From positions 1 to 34,160 of the IMG/VR virus record IMGVR_UViG_3300037755_000726: a stretch of 34,160 nt of DNA; one strand, 5' to 3'. Below the pieces are notes generated by a model. It ran no database searches, was not told the DNA's origin, and saw only the letters and a program-made list of their open reading frames with translations. The position numbers were made by a program, and so were the translations under genes. The DNA is from a virus (lineage: Duplodnaviria > Caudoviricetes). The stretch's first letter is position 1. Each line of letters opens with the position of its first letter. This document shows, piece by piece, positions 16,463 through 25,716 of the stretch.

Positions 16463-17398
16463 ATGGCACGCAACAAGACGCCTTTTCCCCACGCGCCTTT
16501 CAGCTTCGGGCTTGACCGCCCGACGACAGGCCGCGTGTTCTATGTGAATTCCGCCGCGGCGAACGCCTCTGACGGCAATCTGGGCGACAGCCCGGACCGC
16601 CCGCTGGCGACGCTGGACGGCTTCTTCAATCATCCGGACCTGACGGCGAACAACGGCGACACCTGCTACGTCATGCCGAATCATGCCGAGACGGTCACCG
16701 GCGTGGGCGGCATCACGGCCGACGTGGCGGGCGTCCGGGTGGTCGGCCTCGGCCGCGGCGCGCAGCGGCCCCGGTTCCTCATGGACGGCGCCACGACGGT
16801 CACTTTCGTGGTCAGCGCGGCCGATGTGGAGCTGGAGAACCTGGTCTTTGCCGGCGGGCACAACACCATCGCCACCTGCTTCAACGTGGACGCGCTGAAC
16901 TTCTCGGCTCTCAATCTGGAATTCGAGGACAACGCGGCCGACGAGCACTTTATCTTCTGCTTCGATGTGGGCTCGGCCACGGACGACACCTGCGATGGCC
17001 TAACCATCGTCGGCTGCCGGTATGTCACGGTCGACACTGGTGTCACCCACTTCATCAACCTGACGGGCAACACCACTGGCGCGGTCATCACGGACAACTT
17101 CTACTGCGCCGACGCGGCCACGGGCGCTCAGCTTCTTGTACAGGCGGCGGCTGACAGCTTGTTCGGCCTCCAGTTCCTGCGCAACACGCTCATCACCGGA
17201 GCGACTGCGGTGGATCTGCTGATTGAAAACGACCAGTCGGACAATACCGGCATCGCGGCCTATAACCTCGCGGGCCACCATGACACGGCGGCGGCTGTCC
17301 TGGTCGACTGCGACGGCATCCGGCAGTTTGAGAATTACTCGACCGCTTCGGATACGGCTTCCGGCGTGCTCGATCCTGACGCCGACACCGATACCTGA
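16463..17398 (+). CDS. Right-handed beta-helix (pectin-lyase-like) putative virion protein
   Basis: GRVFYVNS....SDGNLGDSPDRPLATL...NNGDTCYVMPNHAE N-terminus followed by beta-helix-like repeats. Confidence 0.7.
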   Translation: MARNKTPFPHAPFSFGLDRPTTGRVFYVNSAAANASDGNLGDSPDRPLATLDGFFNHPDLTANNGDTCYVMPNHAETVTGVGGITADVAGVRVVGLGRGAQRPRFLMDGATTVTFVVSAADVELENLVFAGGHNTIATCFNVDALNFSALNLEFEDNAADEHFIFCFDVGSATDDTCDGLTIVGCRYVTVDTGVTHFINLTGNTTGAVITDNFYCADAATGAQLLVQAAADSLFGLQFLRNTLITGATAVDLLIENDQSDNTGIAAYNLAGHHDTAAAVLVDCDGIRQFENYSTASDTASGVLDPDADTDT

Positions 17399-17898
17399 TG
17401 AAGATAGCCATCGTCGGGGCGCACCGGGCAAGCAAACTACGGGCGCCCTACGACGATCCAGAGTGGGAGATATGGTCTTGCTCGCCGAGAAACGAAAACG
17501 AACTTCCCCGACAGGACGTCTGGATCGAGATTCACTTGCGGCACAAACTTCAGAAGCAAGTCGAGTACTGCGCTTTTCTTGCCGGGCTGCCGCTGGTCTA
17601 CATGCAGGAGCAATACCCCGAGTTCCCCGGATCGCTCGCCTATCCGCTGGATCGGATGCTGAAGCGCTTCGGGCCGCGCCTCTTCTGCTGGAGCATCTGC
17701 TACATGATGGCGCTGGCCATCGACAGGGAACCGGAACGCATCGGTATCTGAGGCGTGGAGGCGAACAGGACGGAAGGCTACGGCGATCAGCGGCTTTGCC
17801 TGCAACATTTCATCTGGATCGCGCGGCGTGAGGGCATAGAGGTGTCCTGCCCCCCATACCTCGATGCCAAGCCGCTTCTCTACGGATACGATTACTAG
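17398..17898 (+). pseudogene. Maf/sialyltransferase-like Rossmann protein interrupted by an in-frame TGA at 17749-17751
   Basis: MKIAIVG...APYDDPEWEIW...SICYMMALAI...RIGI*GVE...Y.DQR...RREGIEV..P...LLYGYDY; frame stays open 48 codons to TAG 17898, just before the next RBS. Confidence 0.7.
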
Positions 17899-17906
17899 GA
17901 GCAGTC

Positions 17907-18833
17907 ATGATCGAGCTTTCTACCGACATTCCCCTGCATCCCCGGCAGGTGCACGACCTCCAGGAAGAGCGCAAGTCCAAGGAGCGCATGCTGGCCGCGC
18001 CGGAGTACATCCGCCGGCAGCTCGACAGCAACGGCGAGCAGGTTGCGCGCCGCATCCGGGCTATCGACCGCGTGCTTGACGATCAGGCACCCAAGCCGAT
18101 CCCGGCCACCGAGCTGGACAATGCCGTGAAGGCCGAGAAGGCGCTGCGCGCGAAGTGGACGCAGGGCATGCCGACCCAGGCCGAGATGCGCCGCAACCCG
18201 GCGGGCGCGGTGGACAAGCACATGGCCTGGGAAAAGCGCTGCAAGAAGGACGTGCTGGCGTGGAAGAACCTGCGCCGCCGCCTGCACGCGACCGGCATCT
18301 CGGAGCACTCGCTGGCGAACGAGAACGATGTGTCCAACGTCGAGATGTATCGTCCCACCGGTAGGTCCGACGGCTCTCACGAGCTCAACATGCACAACGA
18401 GCAGATCCAGGGGAAGACCTTCTTCGGCCTCGAGACGGCGGGTCCGGGCGCGGTCATGAGCGATGACCAGAAGGCCGTCCTGCAAGAGATCAATCCGGCC
18501 CTGATGGATCAGATGGCGCTCCTCACCACCGAGCAGCGCGCCGAGACGCTGAAGCTGGTCGACGAGGTGATGGCGCTGCGCAAGGCAGCCCCGCCCCCTG
18601 CCGAGCCGGCGCGCTACGGCGGGCCGAACAAGGACCCGCAGCACCGCGACAAGCGCGCGGCGGCCAAGGCCGGCGGAGCGAAGCGCCGCAAGGACAGCGA
18701 CACCTACAAGAACTCCGAGCTGGCGGCGCTGAGAGAGCGCTGCAAGGCCTACGGCATGAACACCTTCGGCATGACCAAGCTCGCCATGCGGGAGGCCATC
18801 GAGGCACGGGTGGCGCAGGAGGGCAGCAGCTAG
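17907..18833 (+). CDS. Hypothetical helical protein with C-terminal HeH/Rho-N-like motif
   Basis: AGGAG RBS; C-terminal ELAALRERCKAYGMNTFGMTKLAMREAIE. Confidence 0.7.
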   Translation: MIELSTDIPLHPRQVHDLQEERKSKERMLAAPEYIRRQLDSNGEQVARRIRAIDRVLDDQAPKPIPATELDNAVKAEKALRAKWTQGMPTQAEMRRNPAGAVDKHMAWEKRCKKDVLAWKNLRRRLHATGISEHSLANENDVSNVEMYRPTGRSDGSHELNMHNEQIQGKTFFGLETAGPGAVMSDDQKAVLQEINPALMDQMALLTTEQRAETLKLVDEVMALRKAAPPPAEPARYGGPNKDPQHRDKRAAAKAGGAKRRKDSDTYKNSELAALRERCKAYGMNTFGMTKLAMREAIEARVAQEGSS

Positions 18834-19868
18834 ATGGCGTTCCCTTTCGATTTTGAGGCCAACTTCGAGGCTGGCTCGACCGGCGAGTGGGATAGTGAAA
18901 CCGACACGTCCAGTCAGTTGGATGTAGCTCACTACTCTGAGCTTGCCCGCTTTCCCTGGCCCACGGCAGCGCCTTGGCAGGGTGCCTATTGCATGCGCGC
19001 CACGCTGTCGGGTGGCACGGCCGATGCCTTCGTGACCGAGGGCGACATTGACATCGCGGACACCGTGAACGCCTTTTTCGCCTTCCGCATCTGGTTCAGC
19101 CCGACCTTCGATGCCACGGCCAACGACACGGTGAACGTTTTCGAGCTGCATTCGACCGGCCCGGTTATCGAAGCCACCTTCGGCTTCCGCTACGTGGCGG
19201 CGACCGACGTGATCAACTTCGGCATCGGCGAGGTGGCCCCGACCAGCTTCGGCGCCGCGGAAATCGAGAAAGGCAAGTGGTACACGGTCGAGCTGGACGT
19301 CACCGTGGACAGCGCCGCCGGCACGATCGACCTCTACGTCACCAAGGAGGGCGAGCCCTACAGCAACGACGTGTTCGCCGCTCAGGTGGATAGCCTCGCT
19401 CAGGCGGCGGTGATCCAGGGCGTGCTCGGCGTGCAGGATCATCTGGCGACCACCACGGGGGTGATGCTGATAGACCACTTCGTCATGGACAGTGCGCGGA
19501 TCTACCCTGACCGCCAGCGCTTCCCGGATGAGATCCTGATCACCAAGTCCAGCCACGTTTTCATCGGACCCGGGGTTATCGACAACGTGACGCTTCTCTC
19601 AGGGGACACCACCGTCGACAATGTGCTGCGCGTCTTCGACACCGACGCGGCCGATACGGCGGACGCGGGCAACATCGTCTGCGAGCTGAAGAACACAGCC
19701 GCTGACGAGACGGTCGACCCGGCCGGTATGCCGGTCAGGATTTCGCGCGGCGCCTATGTGGAGCTGGCCGGCACCGACCCGCGCGCCCTGGTCAAAATCT
19801 GCTCCACCACCGCCCGTTCGCCGGCGACGATCCGGCAAATCGGCCTGCGCCGCAACTGGGTTCGCTGA
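18834..19868 (+). CDS. Putative virion protein with concanavalin/LamG-like beta-sandwich
   Basis: FEANFEAGSTGEWD N-terminus, GKWYTVELDV, IDHFVMD strands. Confidence 0.65.
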   Translation: MAFPFDFEANFEAGSTGEWDSETDTSSQLDVAHYSELARFPWPTAAPWQGAYCMRATLSGGTADAFVTEGDIDIADTVNAFFAFRIWFSPTFDATANDTVNVFELHSTGPVIEATFGFRYVAATDVINFGIGEVAPTSFGAAEIEKGKWYTVELDVTVDSAAGTIDLYVTKEGEPYSNDVFAAQVDSLAQAAVIQGVLGVQDHLATTTGVMLIDHFVMDSARIYPDRQRFPDEILITKSSHVFIGPGVIDNVTLLSGDTTVDNVLRVFDTDAADTADAGNIVCELKNTAADETVDPAGMPVRISRGAYVELAGTDPRALVKICSTTARSPATIRQIGLRRNWVR

Positions 19869-19880
19869 GGAGCGTGATGC

Positions 19881-20408
19881 ATGGCAAACCTGAGGCCAAT
19901 CAACATCCCGGCGTCCTTCTGGAACCCGCAGGAATTCATGCGGGCCACCAAGGACGGGCGCGCCAAGAAGATACTGTCGGAGATCATCGACAAAATCGAC
20001 GAGCTGAACCGTGCCGTCGAGCGCACCAGCGCGCTGAAAGAGGTCGATTCCCTGCTGATCAAGACCAGGGCGGACCGTGAGGCCGCCGCACACGCGCTCA
20101 AGAATGCGGAGGGGCGTGGCAAGGCTGCGCTGGCGAAGGCCCGGGAGGATGCAAAGACACTGGTCGAGGGCGCTGCGGAGAAGGTGGTGACGCTGCAGAA
20201 GGCCGCCATGGAGGACCGTGACGCGGCCGAGCGGGAGCGCTCCCTGGCGGCTGCCTGGTCCGTCGCGCTGGAGAAGCAAAAGGCAGAGATCGACGCCACG
20301 CACCAGAGACAGGAGGCCCGGCAGAGGTCCTTGACCGCGCGGGAGGCATCGCTGGCGCACCGCCTCGCGGTCCTGGAGACGGCCCTCCGCGAAGCGGCCA
20401 AGGGGTGA
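19881..20408 (+). CDS. Coiled-coil protein
   Basis: A/E/K/R-rich heptad pattern; GAGGAG upstream. Confidence 0.7.
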   Translation: MANLRPINIPASFWNPQEFMRATKDGRAKKILSEIIDKIDELNRAVERTSALKEVDSLLIKTRADREAAAHALKNAEGRGKAALAKAREDAKTLVEGAAEKVVTLQKAAMEDRDAAERERSLAAAWSVALEKQKAEIDATHQRQEARQRSLTAREASLAHRLAVLETALREAAKG

Positions 20409-20413
20409 TGACC

Positions 20414-23400
20414 ATGCGATTTCTCTTCGCCCTACTGGCTGTTCTCGTTCTTTCGTTCTGCGTTTCATGGTATGCGCAGGCGCAGGGCACCGATACGTGG
20501 TCCTGCTCTGGCGATGTGACGGTCCCGGCCGGCACGGCTGATACCGGCTTCACCGTGCCGCTGAGCTGCGCGCGCACATTCACGCCTCCGCCAGACAACC
20601 CGCCCACCGTCGCCAATCTCAGCGCCACCTGTGACGAGGAAGTGGCGTGCGCGGGCGACATCGGCGCAGCGGACGATAACGGCTTCGTGGTGTCCTGGGG
20701 TGTGGCTCCTGGCGTCTTCATCGGCAATGCGGACGGCTCTTGGTCTTGGCAGACGGTGGACGGCGACGGCCTGGCCACCTACGGCATTCCGGGCGAGGTC
20801 AGCGATGGCGTGAACCCGCCCGTTCTCTTCACGCTGCAGGTGACGGTCAACGACACCGTTCAGGCTCCTCCGCCGCCCGCCGGCAACCTGCAGGACATCC
20901 TCAACATGCCTGCCGGCTCCTGGCTGGCCTACGGTGATCCGTGGTCGGACCTGGAGACGAGCGGCGAGTTGCAGCAGGTCCGCGATAACTGCAACATCCT
21001 GCTGAGCAAGATTGTCACCGGCTGGCAGGGTTTGGCCTTCGATGGCCGCTATTTCTGGAACCTCGCCGGCCCGGGCCATGGGGATGGCTGCTTTAACGGC
21101 ATTGTCCGCTATGACCTGGAGACAGCGCAGCCCGAGGTGGCTCTCCCCCATCTGCCGCTAAACATGCCGATCTGCTGGGGTCCGTGGCTGAAGGCCAACG
21201 GGACGCAGGATTGCTACTACGAGCCCTATGCGACTACCACTCCGGCGCCGATCTGCGCCACCACGAGTGATCCCAATTGCGGTGGCATCCCCTTGCAGGA
21301 CCGCTTGGACGCGGGGCTTTCGGTGTGGCCTACGGCGGACGCTATCCTGGCGGAGACGGAAGGCCAGGAGACCTTCGGCGCCTTCCTGCGCCCGCGTTCC
21401 TCGCACGACTACAACAACACTATTTTCCTGGATGGCTATGTCTACCTGATGACCGGGCAGACCTATGGCGGCATCCGGGCGGACGGCCAGGTGTGGCGCT
21501 TCGCGGTCACCGACCCGGCCGGCACATTGGAGCGCCTGCCGAACCGCTGGAACACGGCGGCTGAAGAGCCCTACGGCGGCTACAACGCCAATCTGGTCTC
21601 GACACCGGGCGGTGTGTTCATGTTCAGCGGCGGCACGGTCTGCGAAGCCGATATGGTGGCGGGGACCTATGACTGTGCCGGTCATCCCATCAACGTCAGC
21701 AACACTGCCTCCATGGCTTGGGACGAGGGCCGCCAGGGTATTTGGGCGGTTGATTCGCAGTTCAGCCGGATTGTCTTCTACAGGCAGGACGCGGGCGGCT
21801 CCTGGGCCGCCGACCCGACCCTTGGCATTACCGATGCGTCGCTGTCCGGTACCAACGTGGGGCGCGCGGGCATCTGCCTAGTGCCCACGGATACCGGCGC
21901 CAATCCGGTTATCTGGGGCACCAGCGCGACGCTGCTGCGCTGGGATGGCACTGCCCTTACGACAGTGACCGGGCAGGTTGACCAGCCCGCCACCGCCTCC
22001 AGCACGGTGCTGAACAAGTGGCGTTGGAATGCCGACCTGGGCGTCTGCCTCGGGCTGACCAATTGGGACCGTGGCGTGGATGCGTGGCGACCGGACTTCA
22101 GCAACTGGCAGGAGGCCAGCCTGCCGCCGCCCGATCCGGATCCGCAGCCCGGCGACTGGCCCGTGTTCGCTGGCCATACCGTGGCGCCCGCTGCCTGGAC
22201 GCCTGCGGCCTGGAATGCGCCGATCGAGCGCCAGCCGGAAGCCCCCGACTACGACGCGCTCTGCCCTGGCCCGTGGGCTACGCTGGACTACCGCACCGAT
22301 GTGGACCTTGCGGGCAGCGCGGCGCAGATGCGCGGGCTGGTAAGCGCGGGCTTCCCGAATGTGCGGGTGTATCTCCACCCTCGTGAGGACGCTGCTGAGC
22401 CCTACAGTGCCGGCCTCGTATTCGACAAGGTGACGTGCGGGGAAGTGGTTGGCGTCCCTGCGAATGGCAACCGTCCGACCATGACTGCCGGCGTGGCCTT
22501 TCCCAAGATTGGGACGGGCCTTATCGCGCGGGGCATTGACTTTCAGAGCGGCAACATTGGGTGGGCCTGTCACCAGCCGACCCAATCCTGTCCAGTCTTT
22601 ACCGTGCTGCACGACAACCGGATTGGAGGCGCAGGCCTGCTAGGTGATTCAGACCCGGCCCTTCCGACCACCTATCTGGAGCTCCGCGGCAACATCTTCG
22701 GGCCGAACCTGGACTGGCACGGCATGTACCTTGAGCGCTCCATCGGCCAGCTCGTGGCGCTCAGCAACGTCTTCCATGCCTCGGGCAACGCCGGGCACGC
22801 GCTGAAGAACCTCGCCAACTACGCGCGCATCGAGGGCAACGTCTTCTCGAATGTGGACATCGACGGCCAGCCCCTATCGCGCAACGGCGTTGACGATGTG
22901 ATCGGCCTCTTTCCGCTGGATCACTACGCCTGCACGGACTCTATCATCCGCAACAACACCATCGTGTTCCGCACCTCGGGCAACGTCGCCACGCTGCTGA
23001 CCATGCGGGGGCGCAACGCTTGGGGGAACTGCGACAAGGGCCAGCGCCTCGCCGATGGCAGCCGGGAAGTGTTTCCGCCCGAGAGCGTCGAGTACCTGGA
23101 CGGCCCGACCTGGGATGCTATTGGCTTGGCAGCGCAGGAGTTTGCGAACGGCTATGCGGCAGCCTCGGCCGAGCCCTGGCTGTTCACGCATTTGATCGAG
23201 GGCAACACCTTCATCGTGTTTGAGGGAAAGGTGGGCGTGGTGCCCTACGCGCTGACGGTCCATTCCATGCGGCCCATTGCGGACAACACGGTAGAGGCTG
23301 ACCTGAAGGCGCAGTTGGAAGCCTTGCTGGCGTTCTGCACGGACAACCCAGACTTCGCGACCTATGACGAGTGTTGGTTTGCGAGCGCGAGCGAGGAAGT

Positions 23401-23680
23401 CCTCTACGTCCGCGACCACATCCCCCCGTCCTGGCACGACACGATGATGCACGGCAACGGACTTGGCCGGATCGAGGTGCCGAACAGCTTGCCTATTCGG
23501 GCACCCTCTAACTGGGTAGAGCGCACGGGCGTCTTCTGGGACGAGGCGCAGACCTACATCGCCTGCAATGCGGACGGGACGGACTGCGCGGAGCGCGGCC
23601 CCTACTCGATGGATATCGACCCGGCGGCCTGGGACGACGTGCCGCTCGCCAGTCCGCCGCGCGTCATCGCCCTACAGTAA
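20414..23680 (+). CDS. Large multidomain protein with Sec-type signal peptide (Ig-like, beta-propeller-like and beta-helix-like regions)
   Basis: MRFLFALLAVLVLSFCVSWYAQA|Q; Pro-rich linkers (PPPDNPP, APPPPAG, PPPDPDPQP); repeated GNVF/GNIF/NNTI beta-helix motifs; start could also be 20405 or 20408. Confidence 0.75.
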   Translation: MRFLFALLAVLVLSFCVSWYAQAQGTDTWSCSGDVTVPAGTADTGFTVPLSCARTFTPPPDNPPTVANLSATCDEEVACAGDIGAADDNGFVVSWGVAPGVFIGNADGSWSWQTVDGDGLATYGIPGEVSDGVNPPVLFTLQVTVNDTVQAPPPPAGNLQDILNMPAGSWLAYGDPWSDLETSGELQQVRDNCNILLSKIVTGWQGLAFDGRYFWNLAGPGHGDGCFNGIVRYDLETAQPEVALPHLPLNMPICWGPWLKANGTQDCYYEPYATTTPAPICATTSDPNCGGIPLQDRLDAGLSVWPTADAILAETEGQETFGAFLRPRSSHDYNNTIFLDGYVYLMTGQTYGGIRADGQVWRFAVTDPAGTLERLPNRWNTAAEEPYGGYNANLVSTPGGVFMFSGGTVCEADMVAGTYDCAGHPINVSNTASMAWDEGRQGIWAVDSQFSRIVFYRQDAGGSWAADPTLGITDASLSGTNVGRAGICLVPTDTGANPVIWGTSATLLRWDGTALTTVTGQVDQPATASSTVLNKWRWNADLGVCLGLTNWDRGVDAWRPDFSNWQEASLPPPDPDPQPGDWPVFAGHTVAPAAWTPAAWNAPIERQPEAPDYDALCPGPWATLDYRTDVDLAGSAAQMRGLVSAGFPNVRVYLHPREDAAEPYSAGLVFDKVTCGEVVGVPANGNRPTMTAGVAFPKIGTGLIARGIDFQSGNIGWACHQPTQSCPVFTVLHDNRIGGAGLLGDSDPALPTTYLELRGNIFGPNLDWHGMYLERSIGQLVALSNVFHASGNAGHALKNLANYARIEGNVFSNVDIDGQPLSRNGVDDVIGLFPLDHYACTDSIIRNNTIVFRTSGNVATLLTMRGRNAWGNCDKGQRLADGSREVFPPESVEYLDGPTWDAIGLAAQEFANGYAAASAEPWLFTHLIEGNTFIVFEGKVGVVPYALTVHSMRPIADNTVEADLKAQLEALLAFCTDNPDFATYDECWFASASEEVLYVRDHIPPSWHDTMMHGNGLGRIEVPNSLPIRAPSNWVERTGVFWDEAQTYIACNADGTDCAERGPYSMDIDPAAWDDVPLASPPRVIALQ

Positions 23681-23791
23681 GGGCGGCTCCTTGTCGTCCT
23701 TGCCCTTGCCGAGGCCGGGCCGCACCCACCAGAGGGCAACGACAATGGCGAAGAGAGCAACCAGTACCAGGACTTCGGCTAGTGCGGCCAT
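23672..23791 (-). CDS. 39-aa single-TM membrane micro-protein MAALAEVLVLVALFAIVVALWWVRPGLGKGKDDKEPPLL
   Basis: Below the ORF-track cut-off; GGGAGG RBS upstream on - strand; fills the gap; stop overlaps the stop of the convergent gene. Confidence 0.65.
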   Translation of the reverse strand: MAALAEVLVLVALFAIVVALWWVRPGLGKGKDDKEPPLL

Positions 23792-23866
23792 GTTTCTTCC
23801 TCCCTGGGTAGAGCGTAGCAACCCTGGCGGAGTCCTGGAAGACACAATTTCGGCTAGGAATAGTTA

Positions 23867-24574
23867 ATGGCCGTAGCATTCGATGCAGCCACAAATTCCG
23901 GGCTGCAGACAGTCGATTTCACTTTCGCGCATACGGCGGGCGTAGGGGTGCGCGGCGTGCTGGTCGGCGTAAGCCAGATCGCCCCCGCAGACCAGGTGGA
24001 CTCGACCGCCTACGGCGCGGCTACGCCCACTGCCGTAACCGGCTCGCCATCTGAGTTCGCCCTTGGCGAGGGCGGCACTGTCCACTTGGACTTTCTGGGG
24101 ACCAGTGTCCCCACGGGCGAGCAGACGGTCGCTGTCAACGAGACGGGCGGGGGCAACAAGGCCGGATTTGCGCTGACAGTTACCGCAGACGCAGACGTGG
24201 TGGTGCAGGACACTACTGTTCTGTCTGGCGAGGACGGCACGGGAGAGATTACCGGCACGTTGTCGCTGGGTGGCAATGTCTGTTTCTGCGGCGTGCTGGT
24301 GTGGAACGGCGCCAATGCGGTTGGCGGCTTCGCACCGCTGACTGGCTGGACTGACCGGGGCGAGGTTGACCTCGGCATTGAGTGCTGCTCGCTCTACACC
24401 TGCGACACCGTTGACGATCAAGACAAGCTCTTCGGCATCAACGCCGGGGCTAACACGTTCGATTACAACATGATCGGCTTCGCGCTGACCGAGGATGCGG
24501 GCGGAGGCGCTGCTAGCGTTGGCTCTGGCCTGACGACGGGCCTAAAGCTTGAAAGGCGGAGGCTGGTGGCATGA
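23867..24574 (+). CDS. Putative virion/tail-associated beta protein
   Basis: MAVAFDAATNSG..., G/T/V-rich; ATGA overlap with next gene. Confidence 0.65.
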   Translation: MAVAFDAATNSGLQTVDFTFAHTAGVGVRGVLVGVSQIAPADQVDSTAYGAATPTAVTGSPSEFALGEGGTVHLDFLGTSVPTGEQTVAVNETGGGNKAGFALTVTADADVVVQDTTVLSGEDGTGEITGTLSLGGNVCFCGVLVWNGANAVGGFAPLTGWTDRGEVDLGIECCSLYTCDTVDDQDKLFGINAGANTFDYNMIGFALTEDAGGGAASVGSGLTTGLKLERRRLVA

Positions 24575-25713
24575 CCATTAATTTCGGAGATGTCCCGGCC
24601 GGTGATACGCTCCCGGTCCCGTTTGCGTCCTATGATAGCAACGGCGCATCGGTGACTTTGACCGGCTTGGTCGTCACGGATATCGAAATTTACAAGGACG
24701 GCTCAGTAACGCAGCGCGCAAGCGACGCCGGCTACACCCTGCTCGACACGGACGGCATAGACTTTGACGGCGTCACCGGCATACACGGCTTTTCAATCGA
24801 CCTATCTGACAACACGGATGCGGGCTTCTACGCGGTCGGGTCGCGATATTTTGTGGTCGTGAGCGCGGTCACCATCGATGCTCAGACGGTGAATTTCATC
24901 GCCGCGACGTTCCGCATTGTGCCTGCCGAGGCATCTGCTGGCGTGCCTGACGTGAACGTTGCCAGCATCGACGCAAACGCCATCACGGCAACGTCCATCG
25001 CTGCGGATGCCATCACGGCGGCTAAGGTGGCAGCGGATGTACATGCCGAGGCTGCGGATGCGAATTGGGATGAGGCTGTTGCTGGCCACAGCACACCGGG
25101 AACGTTTGGGCAAGCTTACGACAGTGTGAGTATTGGTGTATTCATTGCTGATGATGCTATAGGCTCAGATCAGCTTCACTCTTCCGCCATAAATGAGATT
25201 GTGGATGCGACCTGGGACGAGTTGCAGAGCGCTCATGGTGGCGCCGGCACCTTTGGCGAGATCGCCACGGAGATAGCCGCCATCCTGCTCGACACCGCCG
25301 AGATCGGCGCCGCCGGTGCGGGGCTTACAGAAGCTGGCGGGACTGGCGACCATCTAACTGCCCTGGCGACGGCTGCGAACCTCGCGACCGTTGACGGCAT
25401 TGTGGATGCCATCCTGCTCGACACCGCAGAGATTGCGAACCTGAATGACATCTCGGCAGCCGATGTCAACGCCCAGATGGTTGACGTGATGGCTACGGAC
25501 ACGCACGCCCAGCCCGGCCAGGAGTCTCCGGCGGCCACCACGTCCTACAGCCTTATGCTCCGCTACCTCTACAAGATGATGCGGAACCGCAAGGAACAGA
25601 CCGCCGATACGTTCAGCCTCTATGACGATGCCGGGACCACGGTGGACCAGAAATCAGCGGTTAGCGACGATACATCTCTCGCGGTTCGTGACGAACTGGT
25701 GACGGGGCCGTAA
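24571..25713 (+). CDS. Fibre-like virion protein with internal repeats
   Basis: IDANAITATSIAADAITAAKVAAD; DxxWDE...H...GTFG x2; AILLDTAEI x2; C-terminal LYDDAGTTVDQK..VSDD. Confidence 0.7.
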   Translation: MTINFGDVPAGDTLPVPFASYDSNGASVTLTGLVVTDIEIYKDGSVTQRASDAGYTLLDTDGIDFDGVTGIHGFSIDLSDNTDAGFYAVGSRYFVVVSAVTIDAQTVNFIAATFRIVPAEASAGVPDVNVASIDANAITATSIAADAITAAKVAADVHAEAADANWDEAVAGHSTPGTFGQAYDSVSIGVFIADDAIGSDQLHSSAINEIVDATWDELQSAHGGAGTFGEIATEIAAILLDTAEIGAAGAGLTEAGGTGDHLTALATAANLATVDGIVDAILLDTAEIANLNDISAADVNAQMVDVMATDTHAQPGQESPAATTSYSLMLRYLYKMMRNRKEQTADTFSLYDDAGTTVDQKSAVSDDTSLAVRDELVTGP

Positions 25714-25716
25714 CGG

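Noticed and set aside
17749-17751. Genome-wide TGA reassignment or selenocysteine
   Set aside because: TGA is the normal stop in many ATGA-coupled genes; the expected residue is aromatic, not Cys; no SECIS recognised
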